From NCBI RefSeq assembly GCF_006345805.1, contig NC_043024.1, forward strand, positions 6,696,001 through 6,760,000: a stretch of DNA of 64,000 bases, given 5' to 3'. This DNA is from Octopus sinensis (Eukaryota). The translations under genes were made by a program, and so were the position numbers. This document shows positions 53,527 through 64,000 of the stretch, one piece after another (the first letter of the stretch is position 1; every line of letters begins with the position of its first letter). The notes beneath the pieces were generated by a model. The model was given only the letters and a program-made list of their open reading frames with translations, searched no databases and had not been told where the DNA came from.

Positions 53527-54251
53527 AATGATAAATCTCAGAGTGAGTTATTATAAACAGTAGCGGCAACACATCGTGACGTATATTGCCATTTGAATAT
53601 GGCTAACCCTAAGGGTGGATGCTACTGTAGTTTGTAGCTCCAGGAAGACACCTCCTCCAGCTGGCTATAGACACACTTTCTGTGCCCTATCAGTATTTGT
53701 GAAGGGAGTCATCTTCCCGTCTTCAACTTATGATACACACGGACTCGAGTTTCAAGGTATTGACCTATCATCGGCGTTGTGACAATCATAGTTGTCGACG
53801 AGAAGTCAGTTCTCCTCACAAATACATATACTTTTTCCTGTATCGATTGACACTGATATTGAAAAAGTGAAATCAAACAATGATAAATCTCAGAGCAAGT
53901 TATAAACAGTAGCAGCAACACATCGTGACGTATATTTGCCATTTGAATATGGCTAACCCCTAAGGGTGGATGCTACTGTAGTTTGTAGCCGCAGGAAGAC
54001 ACATCCTCCAGCTGGCTATAGACACACTTTCTGTGCCCTATCAGTATTTGTGAAGGGAAGTCATCCTTCCCGTCTCGAGTCTGTGTGTATCATAAGTTGA
54101 AGACGGGAAGGATGACTTCCCTTCACAAATACTGATAGGGCACAGAAAGTGTGGCTATAGCCAGCTGGAGGAGGTGTCTTCCTGGGGCTACAAACTACAG
54201 TAGCATCCACCCTTAGGAGTTAGCCATATTCAAATGGCAAATATACGTCAC
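53527..54251. mobile_element. Penelope pLTR- or retrozyme-like locus: 352-bp tandem repeat plus 151-bp inverted repeat, with a hammerhead motif
   Basis: aatgataaatctcagag at 53527 and 53879; arms 53925-54075 and 54101-54251 are reverse complements with about 4 mismatches. Confidence 0.85.
53736..53781 (-). ncRNA. Minimal type-I hammerhead-like motif (U4->C, U-U at the base of stem II)
   Basis: Minus CACAACG-CCGATGA-T-AGGT(CAAT)ACCT-T-GAAAC-TCGA-GTC-CGTGTG; palindromic TCGA loop 3. Confidence 0.65.
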
Positions 54252-54257
54252 TACATA

Positions 54258-55540
54258 CGAGGGGCGTTCAATAAGTAATGCCCCTGACTTCCCATAGCAG
54301 TAGAGCAACAAAACTTGGCACAGTTATTAGTCTTTTTCTACATAGGAACAACCCAGAGGTACGCATTTCTCCCATCGTTTGATGCAGCTCTGGAGACCGT
54401 TTTTGTAGAAGAACCCAGCTTGGTCCTCCAACCTCAACGTGACTTCAGAAATCAAGGCTGCATCATCTGGGAAACGCTTTCCTTTCAAAAACAACTTCAT
54501 GATTGGGAAGAGGTGAAAATCAGAGGGTGCAAGGTCAGGAAAGTAGGGGGGATGGGGAGGAGTTCATAGCCATACGCCTGTGCTTCTGATCTGGCGACAC
54601 GCGAGTTGTGGACCGGAGCGTTGTCCTGCAGGAGGAGGATGCCTTTTCTGATCTTGCCCCACCTCTTGATTTTGATAACTTCTCTTAATTTCCTCAAAAG
54701 TGAAGCATAATAGGCTCCTGCAATTGTGGTACCCTTTGCCAGGAAATCTATCATCACTACTCCGTCCTGGTCCCAGAAGACTGTGAGCATGACCTTGCCA
54801 GCGGAGGGCTGCACCCTTGCCTTCTTTGGAGGGGGTGAGTCACTGTGCTTCCACTGCATTGACTGGGCTTTGGTCTCTGGATCATCGTGATGGACCCAGG
54901 TTTCATCCTGTGTAATCAGTCTTTTGAAAAATTTTGACTCACCTTCTTGGCACATCTCCAAATTCACCTCGAGCACTCGACGCGTTCTTGCTTCTGGAAA
55001 GGGTGAGCAACCTGGGAATCCATCTGGCAGACACCTTTTGCATATGCAAATGGTCATGAATGATAGTTTCCACAGACCCGGTACTAATCTTGACCTCATG
55101 GGCTATTTGGCGAATAATTATGCGTCGATCTTCCAAAATGGCAGCCTCAACTTGACGGACAGATGCCTCATCAATGGCAGAAGGGGGCGACCAGATCTTG
55201 GAGCTGTTCCACAGAGTTCCGACCATGTTTGAATTCACGATGCCAGCGTTTTACAAGGTCATATGATGGGGCATCATCACCATAAGTTACTTTCATTTCA
55301 TCAAAAGTCTCCCGTGGTGTGCGTCCTTTCAAATACAAAAACCGGATCACTGCTCGACACTCAACAGGCTCCATTTCACACTTGACTCGGTTCAAAGACC
55401 TGTAAATCAGAAACCACAATTAGTTCAGAGCTGTAATTTGCCACTTACTCTATAGAGATACAAATGATTGCACATGCAAAATTTCAGCTAGATCAAACAA
55501 CTGCAAGTGGGTCAGAGGCATTACTTATTGAACGTCCCTC

Positions 55541-55541
<1 letters not shown>
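54258..55541 (-). mobile_element. Full-length (1284 bp) mariner, irritans-like, frameshifted transposase
   Basis: TA-flanked 31-bp TIRs CGAGGG(G/A)CGTTCAATAAGTAATGCC(C/T)CTGAC; ORFs MEPVECRAVIRFLYLKG, KVSARWIPRLLT, ITQDETWVHH, LLQDNAPVH. Confidence 0.95.
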
Positions 55542-55574
<33 letters not shown>

Positions 55575-56344
55575 ATAATTCTCTAAATGAGATATAGACA
55601 GTATATATATATATATCTTTTCTTAGTGGTCAGACCATATGGGGTCTACCTCTAGTGTATTGGATGTCCACCTAGTGGTCATCCCTCTTATATGTATGTA
55701 ATACAATTTTTCTGAATCTTCAGATTTTTCAATATGCTAGACCACTGGTTTTAAATTGATATTAATCACATTAATATTCAATTTTTCACTCTTATTATTT
55801 AAATTTACACACACACACACACACACATATGTATATATATATATATATATATACACCACACGCATATATACATATATATCCATACACACACACACATACC
55901 TATAGGGGCTGAGCTTATTGGCAATTTTCTGAGATTGAGAAGACCTGGCCAGTTAAGTCCATGCATCCTGTCCTTGACAGACCTCTCCCCTTTCAAACTA
56001 TCTTCCTAACTCCTCCCCCCATCCCTCACCTGAACCCATCACTCACTGTTCCCCTCCCCTCCAGCTACCACCCCTCCCTTGTGCAAACACACCCACTTAC
56101 AATGTGTCTCTGTTGAATTCTGTTTCTCCCACCCCCACCCTGCCCTAACACCCTTCTGCCCCCATTTGTATCCACTCCTTCCATTCCCTTTCCTCCCCCC
56201 TCCACCTCCAAATCCCCTTTTTTCGCACTCTCACAAACTGACCCACCCACCCCACCCACTCTATCCAATCCTTGATCCCTCTTCACTTATCTACACAACA
56301 CCCTCTTCACTCTACCTCCTCACCCTCTCATATTTTTACCAGCT

Positions 56345-56720
56345 TCTCTTCTCTCTCTCTCTCTCTCTTCTCTCTCCTGTCTCTCTTTCCTCTCTTCTCT
56401 CTCCTCTCTCTTCTCTCTCCTCTCTCTCCTCTCTCCCCTCTCCCCTCTCTCTCTCTTCTGTCTCCTCTCTCTCCTCTCTCTCCTCTTTCTCCTCTCTCCT
56501 GTCTTTCCTGTCTCACTCCTCTCTCTCCCCTCTCTCTCCCCTCTCTCTCCCCCTCTCTCCTTTCTCACTCTCCTCTCCCCTCTCTCTCTCTCCTCTCTTT
56601 CCTCTCTCTCCTCTCTCACTCCTCTCTCTCCTCTCTCTCTCTCCTCTCTCTTTCCTCTCTCTCTCTCCTCTCTCCCTCTTTCATGTTTCCCTGTCCTCTC
56701 ACCTCTCTCTCTTCCCTTTA
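56345..56720. repeat. (CT)-rich polypyrimidine tract
   Basis: Direct read. Confidence 0.95.
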
Positions 56721-57089
56721 TCACTCTCTTCCCATCTATTTCTGTCCTTCTGTTCAAACTCTATCCCCTAACACAAAGCCACCTCCATCAGTATGGATCC
56801 CCACGTGTTGAAGGGTCTTTCTCTTGCAAGTTACTTGATAACCTCACTGGTGCTGGTGCCACATGACAAAAAACACCCAGTCCACTCTGTAGAGTGTTTG
56901 GCATCCAACTGTAGAAACCAAGCCAAAGCAGATAGTAGAGTCTGGCAGATTGTTTCAGCCTTTGAAGGAATTTGGAATAATAGGAACAGAGATTGTTAGT
57001 TCTGTTCTATTTCAGACATTACTTTCTTGTAAATAACACTGTCTAACAAATTTTAATTTGTTTTCTGTATTTGGTCAATATGTGTTTTT

Positions 57090-57656
57090 TCCTATTTGCT
57101 TCTATCTGGAAATCGAAGGAAATGACTACTATTCCCTTCAAATTTTGCTTTTCTGACCTGGACATCAATGTTTTCAAACTGACCTATTTACCATTACATT
57201 TCAGACAGATTCAGCACTGAGTCGCTGAAGCAGAAAGATCGTTATAGCAAATATTCTGTTCAATACCACAGATTTGCATGTCTTTGATCAGTAAGTGTTA
57301 TTACTCATTTGCTTCTATCTAGAAATCAAAGGAAATCACTACTGGTCCCTTCAAACTTTGCTTTTCTGACTTGGATATCAACGTTTTCAAACTGACTTTT
57401 TTTCATTATATTTCTCGCAGATCCAGTGCTCAGTTTCTGAAGTAGGAATATCATTATAGCAAATATTTTGCTCAATACCACAGATTTGCTTGTCTGTTGC
57501 TTGACTTTAACCACTTGAGCATGTCCCTTAGTGGCTGACAATATGTGCATCTCTGATCAGGAGCAGGAGTAGTTGGAGAATACCATAGCCATGTGCTGAG
57601 AAGGATTCTTTGGGGTTTGAATAATTATCATAACAAAAGCAAAATTTGAAGGCAAT
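57090..57656. repeat. About 213-bp diverged tandem duplication bounded by a short inverted repeat (MITE-like)
   Basis: atttgcttctatct.gaaatc..aggaaat at about 57094 and 57307; ccttcaaattttgctttt (57135-57152) vs aaaagcaaaatttgaagg (57635-57652). Confidence 0.6.
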
Positions 57657-58544
57657 ATTAGCCGTTTTTCATACTTTCTAGGGATAAGCAAATTGGAAAT
57701 AACAGTTGCTACCCAAGGACGAAAATCGTGTTCTACAGTGAAATGTATAACTGATTGCCACAGGCCTAAGCAAAATTTGTCTTTCTGATATACAGCAAAA
57801 CTGAATATATTGACTGATATTGCAAAACGTTTGCAGGGTCATAATAAATTTAGTATATGCAATTGAAACAGCATTATTTTGCTTATTCTTCTGTTACTAT
57901 ATTATATTATAGTTCCTTATTAATTCAGCTCATTAATATTCTTATTTGTATTATTAATTGGAAGCCAAATATCTTAATATAGAGTGAACAGTAAATTGTT
58001 CCCTTTGTCTAAATATTTTGCCATGTCTTCAATCAGTCAATGTATTCTTCTCTTAACATATAACTCCCTTCTCTCAACTAACATTTCAAAAATCTGTCAG
58101 TAATTTTCAACACAGTAATCCCTCTGTGTCTTGCAACAACACTTAACAATGTAGTGGAAGATCAGATTCCAGTTTTTTCCAGATCAGATTTACAAATCTT
58201 TGATGCTTAATGCGATAGCTCTCCTTCCCTGTTACCAGTGTAGCATTGGCCAAATACTTGCTTAAAATATTTGACCTAATGTTCAAATAATACCCTTTGG
58301 GTCAAATTCCTTCTTATGGCAGCCAGTAGATTATTGTTCTGAGGAAGACAAAGGAGCAGGTCTGTTTCCTCTCTACTTTTTCAATTGATTGACTATGGAT
58401 TAAACAATGGAACCAGACTTCTCCGATATCCGATCAGAAAGAGTGACTTCAAAGTCTCGGCCAGCTAAGCTATTGTTGGACTGGATCAGCTGACTGACAC
58501 TTCGAAGTCATTGTCAGCAACATTCTTGTATAAGAATAATAAAT

Positions 58545-58940
58545 ATAGGTGCAGGAGCGGCTGTGTGGTAAGTAGCTTGCTTACGAACCACATGGTTCTG
58601 GGTTCAGTCCCACTGCGTGGCACCTTCGGCAAGTGTCTTCTACTATAGCCACAGGCCGACTAAAGCCTTGCGAGTGGATTTGATAGATTGAATCTGAATG
58701 AAGCCTGTCGTATATATGTATATATGTATGTGTGTGTGTGTATGTGTTTGTCCCCCAACATCACTTGACAACTGATGCTGGTATGTTTACATCCTCGTAA
58801 CTTAGCGGTTCAGCAAAAGAGACCGATAGAATAAGTACTGGGCTTACAAAGAATTCGATTTGCTTGACTAAAGGCGATGCTCCAGCATGACCACAGTCAA
58901 ATGACTGAAATAAATAAAAGAGTAAAAGAGAGTAAAGAGA
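58545..58940 (+). mobile_element. SINE family A, full length
   Basis: Colinear with 63162-63588. Confidence 0.9.
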
Positions 58941-58945
58941 TATAT

Positions 58946-58988
<43 letters not shown>

Positions 58989-59238
58989 TGTGTGTGCGTG
59001 TGTGTGTGTGTAGTTACATATGTATGTATGTATATATATTTAAAGATAGATAGATAGAAAGTTAGGTACATAGATAAATAGATTAGATAACTAGACAGAC
59101 AGACACATACATACTTATGTACAAATATATATACATATGTACCACACACACACACACACATATATAAATGTGTGTATATATATATATATGTATATATGTA
59201 TGTGTGAATGCATTATTCAACAAGTTTGACTCAGTTCC

Positions 59239-60230
59239 ATGCAACTTAAAGTTTCCTAAACTCCTGGAACAAACCCAGTTCATCAGGCATTTAGAGGTCA
59301 AGTAGCAGGACATGAGACGAATTCAAAATGGCTTCCAGATGTTAGGGCCACCATTGGTCAACTCAGATCATGTGATGTTATTGGTTTGGAAGCAGCATCA
59401 GTTCTTAACATTGTCCTCAAATCCTCGTGGTCAGACAGGAATGTTGTAGATAGATGTTGCTGCTATGTCTAGAGGCTGAACATCATCAGTTCATAGCATT
59501 TGCTGCTACATATAGCAAAATGGGGTGTTATCGTGGGTTAGCAGAGGAGTTATATATCATAGTGGTGACAGCCTTTCTGTGGGTGTAACCAGAATCGATG
59601 AAGCTGCATTAAAATTTGGTGGTGCTAGGTTAGACTGTCAGCAGAGATGGGGTTATAGTCAATAAGGGTGGTGGGGGTTAAGTGCCATGCTCTTGAGTAC
59701 AGAGAGGCGAGCCTAAGGTGGTATATCTGGATTGTCAAGTATATCTGGATTGTGAAGTTCATTGAGAGAGTGGTAGTAATAAGTTCATTCTTCCTGTTGA
59801 TGGATATTAAAGGTTGATGGAGTTGGTGTGACCTGTTATGGAGACAGAATTAGCAATTGCCTGGCCCAGGTGAGCATGGAGGGACCCTGTTATTAGATAC
59901 TTCATTTGATGTCAGGGAAGTCATTCCAGGGGTCACACAGTTTTCAGATAAAACAGGATGAGGATATGAAGTTTTTCCCAGTCGCTGCACCTGAAAATGT
60001 GCATATGCAGTGTATAACTTCTCTTGAAGTCATTGGCTTTCATACCCATGTAATATCTTGAAATGCCATCATTTGGTGCAAGGGTGGCTCTACAAGGTAC
60101 AGCCATTAGAAGGCAGGTTTTCCCAGTAGACAGTTGGTAAGATTTCAGAAGTTGCAGGCTGGGATATGTATTTAGAGCTGTGTAGGTGCATATCTAGTGT
60201 AGCATCTAATCTTAGAACCAATGTTGCAAT
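59239..60230 (-). mobile_element. Decayed Penelope-like element: GIY-YIG region plus terminal decayed hammerhead
   Basis: Minus reading CN.*NLTNCLLG, RATL.PNDG..RYYMGM..NDFKRSY..H, NRVPPCSPGPGNC*FCLH, INRKNELITT; motif ATGC-CTGATGA...GAAAC-TTTAA-GTT-GCAT at 59239-59290. Confidence 0.75.
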
Positions 60231-60660
60231 ACGTATACATATGCAAGCATGTGTGCATGTGTGTGTTATAATGTCATATCATTTATATATTGTATGTATC
60301 ATATTATATTATAGACATGATTAAATAATAAAGATGATGGTTTTTATCAACGATTTTCTTTATAAGACATTCCTGTATAGTGTTTGAACAATAGCATTCT
60401 TAAGTCCACTATTCCATTAACGTTTCAAAACTAATGGATTTTAGGAATTCCTATTGTTCCAAACTGAACAAGAATGTCTGATGCAGTGAAATGGAAAATA
60501 ATCTTTAATAAAAATGATTACAGTCAAGCATAGTTGTGTCTTTAATATAAAGTGTTGGAAAAGGAAGATGTTTTTTTATTTTGTATCTTGCCTAGACATA
60601 TTAGAATAAATATGCTAATATGCATTCTATATTTCACTGTACACATTGCAAACAATGCTT

Positions 60661-60715
<55 letters not shown>

Positions 60716-60764
60716 ATATAGATAGATAGATATAAAATCATTGTAAAAGAAAACACAGGAGTAT

Positions 60765-60910
60765 CAGTTAATTATGATTTTATTCAACATGTTCCCCTCT
60801 CAGATTCACACACTTATGGCAGTGGTTCTTCAGTTTTTCTAAGCCCTAAAAAGGACTTGGAAGGTTGGGCCTCCAGCCAGGCTTTTCATGATACCCTTAA
60901 AGCCAGAAAC
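60765..60910 (-). mobile_element. Mariner C-terminal fragment
   Basis: Minus LEKLKNHCHKCVNLRGEHVE*. Confidence 0.65.
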
Positions 60911-60949
60911 TTTTCAGCACTCCTTGTATACACATACGCACACACATGC

Positions 60950-61110
60950 ACAACAAGCTGCTTTCAGTTTCTGTGTACCAAATCCACTCACAAGACTTTG
61001 GTTGGCTGAGGCCGTAGAAGAAGACACTTGTCTAAAGGGCCATGCAGTGTGACTGAACCCAGAAACGTGTGGTTGGGAAACAATGTTCTTACCACACACC
61101 ACTCCTTCAT
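60950..61110 (-). mobile_element. SINE family A head, diverged
   Basis: Similar to 3130-3295. Confidence 0.8.
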
Positions 61111-62269
61111 ACATCCATATATAATGTATCAATGTAAGATAATAATAGGGGATCATAAGTATTATTACATAAATTCATCTGCCATAATTTGGAAATCTAG
61201 ATTTCCTAACCATTTTTACTCATTTAAGTAAAGAAGAAAAAGTAGTTCTACAAATCTTAGTAAATGCATTTGGCATTTAAATGATAGGAACAATAAGTAT
61301 GATTTAAACTGGTCCATGATTATTTATGCACCGTCATTAATATTGCCAATTCTACATGTGTTATTTGTCCTGGAAAAATGTATTATATAATTACTGCTAA
61401 ATAAAAATTATTAAATTATAATAGTAATTTTACAATGAAATGTTGTCATAAATTTCTGAAGGCATTTAAATATTTCATTTCTTTATTATAATTGTTTTTC
61501 ATATATTATATAATGAGTATAATTTTTCTAAAAATATTTATTATACTTAATTGATAGATAACTAATTGTCGTTATGTAGAATCTCTGTTTCTAATTGTCA
61601 TAACATAGAATTCATATGTTTATTTGTATTCTTTCATTACCCACAGACGTCACCAACAGCTGAATTAAAAAATAGCTTTTCTTAATTTATATTTCTTCTT
61701 AACGTTATTTTTGTATGCATTTGTGTACCGGAGGTGTTTCCTTTGTTCACTTTGAATTTAACCAGCTTTGGATCACCTTAAAAAGGCTGTGTTAATATGC
61801 ATTCTCAGACATATTAATTTCAATGATATTATCTGTAGAATATCTTCTAATAGAAGAAATACAAGACTTAAAAAATAAGTACTGGAGTTCTTTGAGGCAC
61901 TTCCACAGCATGGCCACAGTCTAATTACTGAAACAAGTAAAAGATAAAAGATATATATATGTCTGTATGTATAGGTGCAGGCATGACTGTGTGGTAAGAA
62001 GCTTGCTTCCTAACCACATGGTTCCAGGTTCAGTCCCACTGCATAGCACCTTGGACAAGTGTTTTCTACGATAGCCTTGGATCAACAAATGTCTTGTGGA
62101 TATGAAGGCTGTCATACACACACATACATACATAAATTCAAATTTAGAAGCACTGAGATGTATTGAAAGATACAGATAAGGAAATGATTTATTATTCAAT
62201 GCAGAATAATGCTGATAGAATAGTAGGAACAGGATAAAATATCCATATCTTGCCGAAAAATTTGTCAGC

Positions 62270-62342
62270 AGCTAGCCATGAGACTCAAACTCACATCCCT
62301 TTGATTACTGGTCAAGTGCTTTACCATTAAGCTATACTGCCC
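62270..62342 (-). pseudogene. tRNA-Thr(AGT)-like pseudogene or SINE head
   Basis: Minus GGGCAGTATAGCTTAATGGTAAAGCAC-TTGA-CCAGTAA-TCAA-AGGGATGTGAGTTTGAGTCTCA...; D-arm and anticodon stem recognisable, T-loop and acceptor stem decayed. Confidence 0.55.
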
Positions 62343-62558
62343 ACTGACAAATTAATTTGCAATTTTTGAACTTATAAATCTAAATTTATAAGACGTTGTA
62401 TGTTAAATTCAGTTGAATACATCCAGCTGGAGAAGATGTCTCCTGGGGCTAAACAACAGCAGCATTCATCCCAACCAGGACTACCACATTAGGTTGGCAA
62501 ATAATCTTTACTTTAAAGTTCTGCTACTGAATATCTCTCATTGAAAGATTTAGGAACA

Positions 62559-62597
<39 letters not shown>

Positions 62598-62884
62598 CTG
62601 AGAGTTCACAAAAAAGTAAAAGATGAAGACAGGTGGTGTAGACAACAAACAGATGTATTAATATAATGCTTGGGAAGTGAAAAAGTCTTTAATGTTTTGA
62701 GCCTCTGCTCTTCCACTGAAAGAAACAAGGAGAGAAAATAAAGAATATGTAGTGGCTAGCGATATATATCCTCCTCCTCCTCCTCCTCTTCCTTCTTCTT
62801 CTTCTTGAGCAAGCAAAGGTCCCAGGGAGCAAGGTCTGGAATGTTAAGGAGGATGAGTGGCAGTTGTGATGCCTCTCTCTCTCT

Positions 62885-63140
62885 CTGTCAAGTAACCAAG
62901 ATGGAATTGTGGAGTGGAACGTTGTCCTGATGAAGATGCCATTGAACGAAATGGAAAAGCTTTGGCTTTTCGCAATGAAATCTTTTCTTGAGCTTCCTTA
63001 AAACAACCACAATGTACTCTTTGTTGATTGTCTTGCTAAAAAGAACCCAGGAATACAAATGATATCCTTGCTGCCAAAAAAGAGAACCATCATGCTTTTC
63101 TTATTTGCCTGGCCTCTTTTGCCAGCAGAAAAAAACAAAA
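62885..63140 (-). mobile_element. Mariner catalytic-domain fragment
   Basis: Minus KSMMVLFFGSKDII....FL.RQST...; region equivalent to the WLLHHDNAP block, decayed. Confidence 0.6.
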
Positions 63141-63161
63141 AACAAAAACAGATGCTCAGCT

Positions 63162-63588
63162 GGCATAGGAGTGGCTGTGTGGTAAGTAGCTTGCTTACCA
63201 ACTACATGGTTCTGGGTTCAGTCCCACTGCGTGGCATCTTGGGCAAGTGTCTTTACTATAGCCTTGGGCCAACCAAAGCCTTGTGAGTGGATTTGCTAGA
63301 TGGAAACTGAAAGAAGCCTATCATATATGTGTGTGTGTGTGTGGTGTGTGTGTGTGTGTGTGTGTGTTTGTATGTCTGTGTTTGTCCCGCCCCCAACATT
63401 GCTTGACAACCGATGCTGGTGTGTTTACGTCCCCGTAACTTAGCTGTTTGGCAAAAGAGACTGATAGAATAAGTACTGGGCTTACAAAGAATAAGTCCCG
63501 GGGTTGATTTGCTCGACTAAAGGCGGTGCTCCAGCATGGCCGCAGTCAAATGACTGAAACAAGTAAAAGAGTGAAAGAGAGTAAAGAG
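63162..63588 (+). mobile_element. SINE family A, full length
   Basis: Head, CORE-like box, internal (GT)n, tail GGCGGTGCTCCAGCATGGCCGCAGTCAAATGACTGAAACAAGTAAAAGA. Confidence 0.92.
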
Positions 63589-63823
63589 TTGATACAAGTT
63601 AATCAACAGGCAATCAAGAGTATTTCATAGGTTTCTGTAGCATTTTTACCCAGTTTAATATAAAACTTGATTGTCTTCATGTCCCAACTGCATTCTGGAA
63701 ATTAGTCAGCAGTGGAAAGCAGTCTTTAGCAGGATGTGTTCAAAGTGCTATAACAGGGGTCTTTTTGAATCTGAAAAGGCAAAAGCTGTCAGGTCAGCTT
63801 ATTGGAAATTTAGTAATACTTGA

Positions 63824-64000
63824 AGGCAGGGGGAGCTGGCAGAGACGTTAGTGCCTTGGGCGAAATGCTTAGTGGTATTTCGTCTGCCGTTACGTTCTGA
63901 GTTCAAATTTCGCCGAGGTCAACTTTGCCTTTCATCCTTTCGGGATAGATTAAATAAGTACCAGTGAAATTCTGGGGTTGATATAATCGACTTAATCCCT
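63824..64000 (+). mobile_element. SINE family B, runs off window end
   Basis: Colinear with 22650-22830. Confidence 0.88.

Noticed and set aside
58180-58530. Short open readings (MEPDFSDIRSERVTSKSRPAK; SNNSLAGRDFEVTLSD) as candidate host exons
   Set aside because: Under 40 aa, lacking convincing paired splice signals; may be decayed LINE sequence.
61630-61700. Polypyrimidine tract + CAG acceptor-like site
   Set aside because: No downstream donor or coding signal; such motifs are common in AT-rich DNA.

Overview
Eukaryotic, AT-rich, repeat-saturated intergenic or intronic DNA. The landscape (dense (TA)n/(CA)n/(TCTA)n/(GGT)n microsatellites, tRNA-derived SINEs, RTE/RTEX/Tx1/L2-CR1/HERO-like LINE remnants, mariners, non-autonomous Helitrons, Penelope-like elements) looks like an Octopus-type cephalopod genome. 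That assignment is inference from remembered repeat families, not a search. I found no convincing host protein-coding exon; every ORF with recognisable homology is transposon-derived. The most notable structure: (1) seven minimal type-I hammerhead-ribozyme-like motifs from several Penelope-like lineages, two with an essentially intact core; (2) hammerhead-bearing units arranged as a perfect 74-bp fold-back palindrome (41824-41977) and as a 352-bp tandem plus 151-bp inverted repeat resembling a retrozyme or pLTR (53527-54251); (3) a young, apparently non-coding 2.7-kb LTR element with a tRNA-Trp primer-binding site sitting in (TA)n; (4) an L2/CR1-like LINE 3' end that shares a covarying stem-loop tail with the dominant SINE family. 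All coordinates were read by hand and may be off by a few bases, especially for degenerate elements.
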